64,000 nt of DNA from a virus, in IMG/VR virus record IMGVR_UViG_3300032294_002823; one strand, given 5' to 3'. Below the pieces are notes generated by a model, which saw nothing but the letters and a program-made list of their open reading frames with translations, was not told the DNA's origin and ran no database searches. Shown here one piece after another: positions 9,610 to 18,762 of this stretch (its first letter is position 1; each line of letters opens with the position of its first letter). The position numbers and the translations under genes were made by a program.

Positions 9610-10219
9610 AATTATGGCAGGTAATAATATTACCGCTTTTACCGACCGCCCTATCTCAAAGGTGCACAAATTCTATTTGTCGGGAGATATTAAATCACCC
9701 GCTGAATATGTACAATGGTTTGAAACCATTAGAAATTCAAGTGAGAATGATGTGATTGTCGTTCACATTAATAGTTATGGTGGCGACTTATTTACGGCAA
9801 TTCAATTTATGCGTGTATTTGCTGAATCAAAGGCAAATGTTGTGGCATCAGTTGAAGGTGCATGTATGAGTGCTGCTACAATCATTTTCCTTTCTGCCAA
9901 GCATTGGGAGATTAGTAATCATTCCATGTTCATGTTTCATAACTATACCAGCGCAACCATTGGCAAGGGCGGCGAAATGTATGACAACATAATCCATGAA
10001 CGCAAGTGGAGTGAAAAACTTTGGCAGGATATCTACAGTGGGTTTTTAACAGCAAATGAAATTAAATCAATTCTTGATAGCAAAGATATTTGGATGTCAG
10101 GTGAAGAGGTTTCGAAGCGGTTACAAGAAAAATTTGCACCGAAATCTCTGAGAACGCCTAAGAAAACCCCTAAAAAAGTCACGAAAACAGTAAAAACCAA
10201 GAAGAAATCAGTTTCGTAA
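9596..10219 (+). CDS. clpP: ClpP-like serine protease (S14)
   Basis: HINSYGG, GACMSAATII (Ser), FMFHN (His), KDIWM. Confidence 0.85.
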   Translation: MDKTEIMAGNNITAFTDRPISKVHKFYLSGDIKSPAEYVQWFETIRNSSENDVIVVHINSYGGDLFTAIQFMRVFAESKANVVASVEGACMSAATIIFLSAKHWEISNHSMFMFHNYTSATIGKGGEMYDNIIHERKWSEKLWQDIYSGFLTANEIKSILDSKDIWMSGEEVSKRLQEKFAPKSLRTPKKTPKKVTKTVKTKKKSVS

Positions 10220-10279
10220 GTGCTTATTTTTCAATAACTTACGTCAGGGCTTGACAAACGGCTTATCGGGTGCTAGATT
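10217..10279 (+). promoter_or_regulatory. Early promoter with upstream 25-bp element (inverted copy)
   Basis: taagtgcttatttttcaataactta at 10217-10241; TTGACA 10251, 17 nt spacer, TAGATT 10274. Confidence 0.8.
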
Positions 10280-10322
10280 ACTAGTATCCGATAAGCCTTC
10301 GTGACCTTCAAAGAGGTATACT

Positions 10323-12584
10323 ATGTCGAACGTCCTAGACAACACAAAGTCAACCCTAGGCAAGCTCCTAGCGGCAGAAAATATTCGCATCGAGCATCGG
10401 CAGGTTCGAGGCCCCAGCTTCGATGTTAAGAACCGAGTTCTGGTTCTCCCCATCTGGAAGGAAATTGACGCTGACCTGTATGACCTCATGATTGGTCACG
10501 AGGTTGGTCATGCTCTCTACACACCTACCGATGGTTGGATGGATCGGGTACAGGAGCACGGAAAGAATTTCAAGGGTATTCTTAATGTTGTTGAGGATGC
10601 TCGTATTGAAAAGCTCATGAAGCGTAAGTTTCCGGGTCTGCGGAAGCCCATGTATAATGGATACACCCAGCTTGTGGAGCGCGGGTTCTTCGGTGTCGGT
10701 CTGGATGATATGAAGCATCTCCCGTTTGCTGACCGTGTGAACGTGCATTTCAAGCTCGGTCCTCGCGCAGGTATTACATTTACGGATGCTGAGCAAAATC
10801 TTGTTTCTCGTATTGAGAATGCCGAGACATGGGATGAGGTGATGTCCTTGTCTGAGGAGCTGTTTGCGGCAGCGGATGGTGAGTTCAATGATATTTCCGA
10901 TGACATTTTCGACAACCTCGATGCTCTGTCTGACGCCATTGACAACATGGATGAAGGCGGCGAGGGCGAGGGCACGGGCGAAGGGTATGGTGAATATTCC
11001 AGCGATACTCCAGGTAGTGGCAAGACGCTGCAGGATGTTATAGACCAGCTTCGCGCCGCAGGTAAGGATAATGCTGCCGACAAGCTGGAACGCATGTCTA
11101 AGAGCAATGCCTATCGTAGGATGATGACGGAATGGGCTGAGAATCAGGAAATGGGATCCATCACTGACGAGGCTCTTGAGGCTAATCAGGAAAAGCTCAT
11201 TGATGAGGATGCCTATCCTAATACATATATTTTCTGGCCTGAATTGAATCACAAGGATTATGTAATCCCTGCCCGTGTGGTGCATCAGCAGATGCGGTCT
11301 GAATACAAGCCGGAATATTTGGCGAAGGAGAATGACCTATACAACACCTTCATGAGCACCAATCGTAATTACATTAAGTATTTGGTTAAGGAGTTTGAGC
11401 TAAAGCGAAATGCCAAGCAGTTCGCCAAGGCGCGTGTTAGCAAGACGGGTAAGCTGAACACAGAAAAACTTTGGCGCTATCAGATTTCAGAGGATCTGTT
11501 CCTACAGTCAACCGAAATTCCCAATGGGAAGAATCATGGAATGCTTATGGTTATTGATTTGTCAAGTTCCATGACTGAAAACATGGCAGGTACCATTGAG
11601 CAAATCATTAATCTTTCCATGTTTTGCCGAAAGGTGAATATCCCCTTCGATGTGTATGGGTTCATTGAGACCTCAGCTGAAAAGGATTTCATGTTGTCGG
11701 GTATTACACGCTCTGAGAGCAAGCATCCAATTTTCGGTACGATGTATCGCACATGTCCTAACGACAATCGTGACCGATCCATTCAAATTAACAATGTTGA
11801 TTTTCGCTTGAAGCAGTTGCTCCATTACAACATGGGTGCTGCAGAATTTAACGTGTCGGTGAAAAATCTTCTTCTCTTGGCGAACGCCTATAAGCGTTCA
11901 GCAAACTATTACTATTATTCTTCAAGCTACCACCATGTTCCCCCTTCGATGCATTTGGGTGGGACTCCATTGAACGAAGCTGTTTTGGTTCTTCGCTCGC
12001 TTGCTGAGGAATTCAAGAAAAACACCCGTGTGGAAATTCTAAACACGGTACTGCTTACTGACGGTGATGCATCATATGGATTGCCGTTCAAGGATGGTGA
12101 GCAGATGGGTAACGCCGGTGGAATGTACCGGGGTCGGATTGTGATTGAGGATCGCAAGACAAAGAAGCAGGTCATGGTGTCGAAGTGTGGTAACATCACG
12201 TTGGCACTTCTTGAAATGTATCGGCAGCATACAGGTTCGCGGGTGGTGGGTTTCTATCTGATGTCAGGTCGCAACTATCGCAGTCAGGTGATGGGAACCT
12301 TGACGCGAAATAATCCTGAATTCAATCAGGAAGTGTTCGATAAGCAGTATGCCGATGAATTCGCAAAGTACAAGTATTTCGGTATGAAGCTCGCCGGGTA
12401 TGATGTATACTACATGGTGCCAGGTGATGAACTAGAAGTTGAAGATGTGGATATGGATACAGTCCTCAAGAGCTACAAGGATGGCTCAAAGAAGGGGTCT
12501 CTGCTCAAGGCATTTAAGAAAATGCAAAATACGAAAATGATTTCGCGGGTATTCTTAAATAGGTTCATTGAACAGATGGCGTAA
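10323..12584 (+). CDS. CobT-like protein: N-terminal HExxH metallopeptidase-like domain, acidic linker, C-terminal VWA domain
   Basis: HEVGHALYT, NVVEDARIE, VIDLSSSM (MIDAS), GGTPL, LLTDGD; partner of the downstream AAA+. Confidence 0.85.
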   Translation: MSNVLDNTKSTLGKLLAAENIRIEHRQVRGPSFDVKNRVLVLPIWKEIDADLYDLMIGHEVGHALYTPTDGWMDRVQEHGKNFKGILNVVEDARIEKLMKRKFPGLRKPMYNGYTQLVERGFFGVGLDDMKHLPFADRVNVHFKLGPRAGITFTDAEQNLVSRIENAETWDEVMSLSEELFAAADGEFNDISDDIFDNLDALSDAIDNMDEGGEGEGTGEGYGEYSSDTPGSGKTLQDVIDQLRAAGKDNAADKLERMSKSNAYRRMMTEWAENQEMGSITDEALEANQEKLIDEDAYPNTYIFWPELNHKDYVIPARVVHQQMRSEYKPEYLAKENDLYNTFMSTNRNYIKYLVKEFELKRNAKQFAKARVSKTGKLNTEKLWRYQISEDLFLQSTEIPNGKNHGMLMVIDLSSSMTENMAGTIEQIINLSMFCRKVNIPFDVYGFIETSAEKDFMLSGITRSESKHPIFGTMYRTCPNDNRDRSIQINNVDFRLKQLLHYNMGAAEFNVSVKNLLLLANAYKRSANYYYYSSSYHHVPPSMHLGGTPLNEAVLVLRSLAEEFKKNTRVEILNTVLLTDGDASYGLPFKDGEQMGNAGGMYRGRIVIEDRKTKKQVMVSKCGNITLALLEMYRQHTGSRVVGFYLMSGRNYRSQVMGTLTRNNPEFNQEVFDKQYADEFAKYKYFGMKLAGYDVYYMVPGDELEVEDVDMDTVLKSYKDGSKKGSLLKAFKKMQNTKMISRVFLNRFIEQMA

Positions 12585-12591
12585 TACTGTG

Positions 12592-12663
12592 AAGCCCTAC
12601 GTAAGTTGTTGAAAAATAAGCACTTACGTAGGGCTTGACAGACGAGAGAAATGGTGTTATATT
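12592..12663 (+). promoter_or_regulatory. Early promoter with 25-bp element inside a 15-bp inverted repeat
   Basis: aagccctacgtaagt 12592-12606 / acttacgtagggctt 12622-12636; TTGACA 12635, 17 nt spacer, TATATT 12658. Confidence 0.82.
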
Positions 12664-12715
12664 TATAGTATAATCTGAGATGTACACTTCATCATTCAAG
12701 CACACAGGAGTAAAC

Positions 12716-13846
12716 ATGACCCGACTCATTGATGCCCTTCGCGCTACTGGTAAGACCGAGTTTTCTCGTCCTGATGTTCTCACGGTCGCCCGTGAGGTGG
12801 GTGAAAGTCCCAATGTGTTTTTGAATGACCCAGCATACAAGGTTCGGCGTGGCGTCTATGCCATCACGCCTACAAGCACTGGAAACTATACGCCTATTCA
12901 GGCAGAGGCACCTATTGTGAGTAATGCATCTACAATGTATCTATCGCAGCCGAAGCTCAAGATTGAGGTGGACAACCTTGTACCAAACAAGGATAGCACT
13001 TATGTACCTTTCGGGTTTCATAAGGATCTCATGACCATCATCGCCTCCAAGCAATTCTATCCCGTGTTCATTACAGGATTGTCTGGTAATGGTAAGACCA
13101 CCATGGTGGAGCAGGTGTGTGCCGCATTGAAGCGTGAGTGTATCCGCGTCAACGTCACCATTGAAACTGACGAGGATGACCTCATTGGAGGTAATACTCT
13201 TGTGGATGGCAACGTGGTGTATCGTGAAGGTCCCGTGACCATTGGGATGAAGCGCGGCGCTGTGGTCATTCTGGACGAGAGCGACCGCGGCAGTAACAAG
13301 CTGATGTGCCTACAGGCAATCCTTGAAGGAAAGCCGTATTTCAATAAAAAGACGGGCGAGATTATTCACCCTGCCCCAGGTTTCAATATCGTGGCAACGG
13401 GTAACACCAAGGGTCAGGGCTCTGACGATGGTAAGTACATGTCCGCACAGATTCTGGACGATGCACTCCTCGAGCGTTTCGCCGTGACCATCGAACAGGA
13501 GTATCCTAACTCCCGGGTGGAGAAGAAGATTATCATGAAGAAGATGGAGCGTGTGGAGAAGGTGGACGAGGATTTCGCCGACAAGCTGGTGGCATGGGCA
13601 GAAATCATTCGTAAGACGTTCATGGAGGGTGCTGTGGATGAACTCATCTCCACGCGGCGTCTGGAGCATATCGTGAACGCCTACGCTATGTTTGGTGACC
13701 GTCTCAAGGCAATCAACCTCTGTATTGCCCGATTCAATTCTGAGACCAAGGCGAGCTTTCTCGACCTCTACACAAAGGTGGATGCAGGTGTCACGATGAC
13801 CCCAGCCGAACAGGCTGAGGGTTATCCCGATGATATTCCCTTCTAA
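12716..13846 (+). CDS. CobS/MoxR-like AAA+ ATPase
   Basis: GLSGNGKT, VILDESD, ATGNTKGQG, ALLERF, ISTRRL; ATG 12716 after AGGAG. Confidence 0.9.
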   Translation: MTRLIDALRATGKTEFSRPDVLTVAREVGESPNVFLNDPAYKVRRGVYAITPTSTGNYTPIQAEAPIVSNASTMYLSQPKLKIEVDNLVPNKDSTYVPFGFHKDLMTIIASKQFYPVFITGLSGNGKTTMVEQVCAALKRECIRVNVTIETDEDDLIGGNTLVDGNVVYREGPVTIGMKRGAVVILDESDRGSNKLMCLQAILEGKPYFNKKTGEIIHPAPGFNIVATGNTKGQGSDDGKYMSAQILDDALLERFAVTIEQEYPNSRVEKKIIMKKMERVEKVDEDFADKLVAWAEIIRKTFMEGAVDELISTRRLEHIVNAYAMFGDRLKAINLCIARFNSETKASFLDLYTKVDAGVTMTPAEQAEGYPDDIPF

Positions 13847-13856
13847 TAGGTGATAT

Positions 13857-14165
13857 ATGGAAAACCCGTGGAAGGACAAGTATCTCGCTGAAGCCGCGAA
13901 GCACGACGAGACGGTGCGGAAACTTGCAGCACTGACTTCACACCTGAACCAAGTGCATGAGGAACTAGGCGGCACCGACACTGTTCTGACGCTGGAAGCC
14001 GCGCAGCTCGTCATGGTCCGCCTCGCCGCGTGTGAGCGGGTGGTGAAGGCGGCACGGGCTGTCGTGTTGGACGCACGAGCGCAGCACGGATACGACCAGT
14101 ACGCTGTCGGTACTGCGACCATTGATGCCCTCCGCGCCGCCGTCACCGCCGAGACACAGGAGTAA
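13857..14165 (+). CDS. Hypothetical protein, GC-rich, probably recently acquired
   Basis: Visibly GC-rich 102-aa ORF flanked by a 12-bp direct repeat tatggaaaaccc. Confidence 0.65.
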   Translation: MENPWKDKYLAEAAKHDETVRKLAALTSHLNQVHEELGGTDTVLTLEAAQLVMVRLAACERVVKAARAVVLDARAQHGYDQYAVGTATIDALRAAVTAETQE

Positions 14166-14167
14166 GT

Positions 14168-14779
14168 ATGGAAAACCCAATGGTGAATTATTCTAAAATC
14201 ATCGCTGAAACAAATAGTAAAATGTATAATGTTCGGGATGAATATAAGAATAATAGTGTTGAAGAAAACATTGCCATTTGCAATAAGGAACACTTGAAGT
14301 TCTCGGTGGGGTGTATTAACATTACAGGAGAACTCAACATTGGGATGATGATTCGGTCAGCGTGTCTATTGGGTGCAGAGAATTTCTATATCTTTGGGCG
14401 TAATAAGTTTGACAGACGCAGCACAGTTGGTGCTGAGAATTATATTAACATCGTTCAATATAGTTATGACGACCCGATACACGCCGACGCCGAAATCAAT
14501 GAACGATTGGAATATATGTTGAAGTGGAACACTGTGGTGTTGTGTGAACAGGGCGGCGATGAAATTGGATCACGAAAAATGGCGTTGAAATATTCGGAAG
14601 AAATAATAAATCCGTTGTTCGTATTCGGTTCAGAGAGTCATGGTATTCCTCCGCTGATAACTACTAATGAACACTTTTATAAAGTGAGTATTCCTCAACG
14701 TGGAGTCCTTCGTTCGTTTAACGTGAGTGCTGCCATGAATATCATTGTGTGGGATTACATCAAGGAAATGCATCTATGA
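14168..14779 (+). CDS. SpoU/TrmH-family RNA 2'-O-methyltransferase
   Basis: NIGMMIRSA, VFGSESHG, IPQRGVLRSFNVSAA SPOUT motifs. Confidence 0.9.
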   Translation: MENPMVNYSKIIAETNSKMYNVRDEYKNNSVEENIAICNKEHLKFSVGCINITGELNIGMMIRSACLLGAENFYIFGRNKFDRRSTVGAENYINIVQYSYDDPIHADAEINERLEYMLKWNTVVLCEQGGDEIGSRKMALKYSEEIINPLFVFGSESHGIPPLITTNEHFYKVSIPQRGVLRSFNVSAAMNIIVWDYIKEMHL

Positions 14780-15048
14780 ACTTGACAAAACTTAAAGAAG
14801 CGGGTGTACTATTTTTAATTCAGCTCTTGAATTATTCCATATGGTGTATTAACTTTCGTGCAGTTGCCGATACACATTATCATACCGCAGCAGCCAGTGA
14901 TTTTATGCTCGCGTCTATACAATTTTTTGTGATTCGAAAAATTGCTCAGGGTCAAGATAAGTGGCATCAATGGTTGGGATATGCCTTGGGTAGTGTGGGT
15001 GGTAGTTACTTAGGTATTTGGATTTCTGCAACATTCTTTAATGGTTAA
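14776..15048 (+). CDS. Small membrane protein
   Basis: Hydrophobic helices; YALGSVGGSYLGIWI. Confidence 0.65.
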   Translation: MNLTKLKEAGVLFLIQLLNYSIWCINFRAVADTHYHTAAASDFMLASIQFFVIRKIAQGQDKWHQWLGYALGSVGGSYLGIWISATFFNG

Positions 15049-15059
15049 GAGGAGCTTTA

Positions 15060-15329
15060 ATGATTTGCCCAATCTGTAAAGAACAAGATATGAAAAGTCA
15101 TGTTTTCATCATCAATACAAGTTCAGAAAATACAGGAGAGGTATTTCAATACTTTGACGAGGAAGGGAAGTGGCATAATCATATAGACATGATTACAATT
15201 ATTAAATACAGGTGCCACAATTATCATTATTTTCAAAAGATTGAAAAACCAAAATGTTGGTGTATGTCACAAGAAGGTGTAATAGAAATATTACCATACG
15301 AACCTACAGAAGAAGAACGAAAAAAATAA
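15060..15329 (+). CDS. Hypothetical Cys/His-rich protein
   Basis: CPIC...C.N.H...CWC; RBS GAGGAG. Confidence 0.65.
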   Translation: MICPICKEQDMKSHVFIINTSSENTGEVFQYFDEEGKWHNHIDMITIIKYRCHNYHYFQKIEKPKCWCMSQEGVIEILPYEPTEEERKK

Positions 15330-15342
15330 TCGGAGAAGATGT

Positions 15343-15510
15343 ATGGTCTTGACAAAGGACGAACTACTTGTTATGTTAAAGAAGGCCTATTTACGAGGCG
15401 TGTGGGAACACGCAGAACAAAAAGTAAAGTCGCGTGTTGATATGAAGGGTCCATACCGGATGTTAACTATTCCGGATTCTGTTGTTGAAGATTTAATTGA
15501 GGAGAAATAA
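15343..15510 (+). CDS. Small hypothetical protein (55 aa, below ORF-track cutoff)
   Basis: MVLTKDELLVMLKKAYLRGVWEHAE...IEEK*, GGAG upstream, fills the intergenic gap. Confidence 0.55.
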   Translation: MVLTKDELLVMLKKAYLRGVWEHAEQKVKSRVDMKGPYRMLTIPDSVVEDLIEEK

Positions 15511-15512
15511 TT

Positions 15513-15875
15513 ATGGCTAAGGCAGCATCACCGAGGTATCCCACGTTTGTTGTGTATGAAGGATATGACAGGGCTCTTGCTCTAGAGTCAGTGGGAAAGG
15601 GTTGGGCATCACTCATCAATGAAGTATTTGATTTCATTGAACAGCAAAAGATTACGAACATTCGTATTATCCAAGTGAAGGAGAAGTGGGGCGGACTTCG
15701 CATCTACACCGACCTGATTCATGATGTTTTGGATGAAAAAATTCGTGACGCTGAACGGCGTAGCTTTACAATTTGTGAAGTCTCAGGCGCACCGGGCAAG
15801 CTCCGTAACTGCAATGGATGGTATCGCACGTTGTCTGATGTTGAAGGTGGACAATATCCTGTGGTACAGGCATAA
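15513..15875 (+). CDS. Conserved phage hypothetical protein
   Basis: GWASLI...QVKEKWGGLRIY...CEVSG family pattern. Confidence 0.75.
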   Translation: MAKAASPRYPTFVVYEGYDRALALESVGKGWASLINEVFDFIEQQKITNIRIIQVKEKWGGLRIYTDLIHDVLDEKIRDAERRSFTICEVSGAPGKLRNCNGWYRTLSDVEGGQYPVVQA

Positions 15876-16207
15876 TGCAGACAACCATTCCCGTTACAAA
15901 AATATCAGGAACACTGAAGATGCACAATTATCGCTATTCTGAGGATAGAATTCTTCAGGAAATTCAGGCATACATTAATAAGACCTACACCCAACATTAT
16001 TCACGAAACAAGTTTCAAGCATCTGAATTCATTTTTGATAATGGTCACGGTGTTGGGTTTACTGTAGGTAACATCATGAAGTATGCTCAACGATATGGAA
16101 AAAAGAATGGACATAATCGTGATGACATCTTGAAAATCATTCACTACGCTATTATGTTACTATACGTACATGACACTTACATTGAGGAGAAACAACATGA
16201 AGATTAG
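15875..16207 (+). CDS. DUF3310-like protein
   Basis: QHY...GFTVGNIMKYAQRYGKKNG...DILKIIHYA. Confidence 0.75.
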   Translation: MQTTIPVTKISGTLKMHNYRYSEDRILQEIQAYINKTYTQHYSRNKFQASEFIFDNGHGVGFTVGNIMKYAQRYGKKNGHNRDDILKIIHYAIMLLYVHDTYIEEKQHED

Positions 16208-16874
16208 TTCCAAGACGGTATCACTGCTACAGAGTTTCGCACAGATTAGTCCTAACCTTCTAGTGAAGGCGGGTAATAAGTTGGCAACTCGTAATGCAGT
16301 AAATAGTATTCAGGCACGGGCTGTGGTTGAGGAAACATTTCCTCAGCAGTTCGCTATTTACGATTTGACACAGCTTCTAACACTTCTATCACTGTCTCAG
16401 ACGCCCGATATTGAGTTTCATGAAAAACATCTTGAAATCAAACATGGCCAGTGGCATCACCGATTTAATTATGCAGATGAGAGTCTGGTAACGGCTCCTG
16501 CAGATAATCCGCCTCAACTTGAACATTTGTATTCATTTAAACTCACGGCATCTGACATTAACATGATTGTCAAGACGGCTTCGGTTGTATCTGCCACAAT
16601 GATGAACATCGTATCAAAGAATGGTAAGGTGACATTGTTTGTAAATGATCCGAAGAATTCAACGTCTCATTCATTAACTCAGCCCTTGGGAGAAAGTGAT
16701 GTGTCGTTTGATGTCAAGATGGCAATTGATACATTCAAGATTGTTCCTGGTGAGTATAAGGTGCATGTATCACACGCCATCGCCAAGGCAGGTAAGGTAT
16801 TGGTATTTTTCTTTGAATCTACAACTTCTGAACTAACATATTTGATTGCAGCCGACACTACATCAAAGGTGTAA
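16197..16874 (+). CDS. gp45: Sliding clamp
   Basis: MKISSKTVSLLQSFAQI, FAIYDL; directly upstream of gp44. Confidence 0.9.
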   Translation: MKISSKTVSLLQSFAQISPNLLVKAGNKLATRNAVNSIQARAVVEETFPQQFAIYDLTQLLTLLSLSQTPDIEFHEKHLEIKHGQWHHRFNYADESLVTAPADNPPQLEHLYSFKLTASDINMIVKTASVVSATMMNIVSKNGKVTLFVNDPKNSTSHSLTQPLGESDVSFDVKMAIDTFKIVPGEYKVHVSHAIAKAGKVLVFFFESTTSELTYLIAADTTSKV

Positions 16875-16880
16875 TATATT

Positions 16881-17822
16881 ATGGAAGCAAATCGTGAGCA
16901 GTTTCTTTGGGTTGAAAAGTATCGTCCGCGGAAAATTTCTGATTGTATTCTTCCGCAGACATTGAAGAACACGTTCCAAGAGTTTGTGGATAAGGATAAT
17001 ATTCCTAACATGCTCTTGGCGGGTACAGCAGGGACAGGTAAGACCACGATAGCCCGGGCTCTGTGTGAAGAATTAGGTTGTGAGTATATTATTATCAACG
17101 GATCTGAGGAATCAGGTATTGATGTACTCAGAACCAAGATTAAAGATTTTGCCAGTACAGTTTCTTTGGCTGGTAAAACAAAGGTCGTGATTCTTGATGA
17201 GGCAGATTATTTAAATCCTAATTCCACACAACCCGCACTTCGTGGTTTCATTGAGGAGTTTAGTAAGAATTGTCGGTTCATTTTCACTTGTAATTACAAG
17301 AATAGAATTATTCCTCCACTACACAGTAGAACCACCGTGGTGGATTTCAAACTCTCAAAGGATGATAAGCCTGCCATGGCGGCGAAATTCTTTAAGAGAG
17401 TATCAGACATCTTGAAGGAAGAACAAGTCACGTTTGATCCGAAAGCTGTTGCTGAGGTGTTAAACAAGCACTTCCCTGATTATCGGCGTGTATTAAATGA
17501 GTTGCAACGATATGCCTCATCGGGTAATATTGATGCAGGTATTCTTACGAACATCAGTGATGCAAACATGAAGGAACTTCTCACGGCTCTCCGTGAAAAG
17601 GATTTCAAGAAGATGCGCGGTTGGGTTGTGAACAACATGGACAACGATCCGAACATGCTCTTTCGAAAGTTGTATGATACGTTACTCACTGAGGTGGTTC
17701 AAGTTCCTCAGTTGGTATTGCTATTGGCTGATTATCAATACAAGGCGGCGTTCGTTGCCGATGCTGAAATTAATTTAGTAGCATGTCTGACAGAAATCAT
17801 GGCAGCATGTGAGATGAAGTAA
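16881..17822 (+). CDS. gp44: Clamp loader large subunit
   Basis: LWVEKYRP, GTAGTGKT, ILDEADYL, PLHSR. Confidence 0.96.
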   Translation: MEANREQFLWVEKYRPRKISDCILPQTLKNTFQEFVDKDNIPNMLLAGTAGTGKTTIARALCEELGCEYIIINGSEESGIDVLRTKIKDFASTVSLAGKTKVVILDEADYLNPNSTQPALRGFIEEFSKNCRFIFTCNYKNRIIPPLHSRTTVVDFKLSKDDKPAMAAKFFKRVSDILKEEQVTFDPKAVAEVLNKHFPDYRRVLNELQRYASSGNIDAGILTNISDANMKELLTALREKDFKKMRGWVVNNMDNDPNMLFRKLYDTLLTEVVQVPQLVLLLADYQYKAAFVADAEINLVACLTEIMAACEMK

Positions 17823-17834
17823 TAGGAGAATACT

Positions 17835-18326
17835 ATGAATCTTATTCCCAGTTCTTATTCGACATTTGTGACTGACCATGAAAAAGGACAAATCACACAA
17901 CTAATGGCTAAGACATATTTCATTTATCGAGGTTGGGAGACATCAACTCCTGAGAATCCATGCTCTCCATATGATTTATTGATTCGTCATCCCCGAACAG
18001 GAAAGTCTTTACTGGTACAAGTAAAGTCATTAACTAGTAAAAATAGAAGTGTTGAAACATATGCTAAAGGAAATGGTAGGGACAAGGGCTCAAAAAGAAA
18101 AAAGACAGATTATGCCAAATGTGGTATTGATTTTCTTCTTGGGGTTGATGTTGACACTTCAAATGTCTATCTGTATCCGTTAGATTTCTATCGGGGAAAG
18201 AGTACTATCAATGTAGATAAAAATCCTTCGTTTGATGTTGAATTCATCACAGAACGAGGGTATAGAAACTTTAAGATGCACGAAGAAATTTCCACATTAG
18301 ACCTACTGGCACATGATAAATCTTGA
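17835..18326 (+). mobile_element. Free-standing PD-(D/E)XK endonuclease, probable homing endonuclease
   Basis: KG....L, PYDLLI, LVQVKS, DY...IDFLLGV...VYLYP pattern; inserted between gp44 and gp62. Confidence 0.7.
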
Positions 18327-18762
18327 TGGCGAAGAAATCGTAGAAGAAAAAATTGAGGAATATAAAACTCCGAAAATTAGTCCTTTCGATTTCGTGAATG
18401 CCATTCATTACTCTAAGGATGCACTCATTGTGGATGAGTGGAGTGAGAAACAGTATAATCCCTATCTTGTAAACAAGAGTTTAAGTTTCGGGGCAGACAC
18501 AGTAATTGCTGCCAATGAAATGAATAGTCGTCCCCACCTGGAGAAACGCCTCCAGTTTGATTTTCTTATAAATATAGTGAGACCTCGAAAGAGATTCAAC
18601 AAGTGGTTGAAGGCTGAAAAAGTCGAAGATATTGATGTGGTTAAACAGTATTATAAATACAATACTGAGAAAGCATTTCAGGCTCTTGCTCTTTTGACGC
18701 CAGAACAAATTCTCACAATTAAAGAAAAATTGAACACAGGTGGATTGACAAATGGCGCATGA
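18313..18762 (+). CDS. gp62: Clamp loader small subunit
   Basis: SPFDFVNAI, YNPYLVNKSLS, ANEMN, RPRKRFNKW; synteny gp44-gp62-regA. Confidence 0.92.
   Translation: MINLDGEEIVEEKIEEYKTPKISPFDFVNAIHYSKDALIVDEWSEKQYNPYLVNKSLSFGADTVIAANEMNSRPHLEKRLQFDFLINIVRPRKRFNKWLKAEKVEDIDVVKQYYKYNTEKAFQALALLTPEQILTIKEKLNTGGLTNGA

Noticed and set aside
10368-11285. 305-aa and 196-aa minus-strand ORFs
   Set aside because: Antisense shadows of the VWA gene, caused by its codon bias; no RBS or motifs
10323-13846. Cobalamin biosynthesis (cobS/cobT) auxiliary genes
   Set aside because: No cobN or other cob genes; better explained as a MoxR-type AAA+/VWA pair
13310-14293. 327-aa minus-strand ORF
   Set aside because: Spans three well-supported + strand genes in a GC-rich patch where stops are rare
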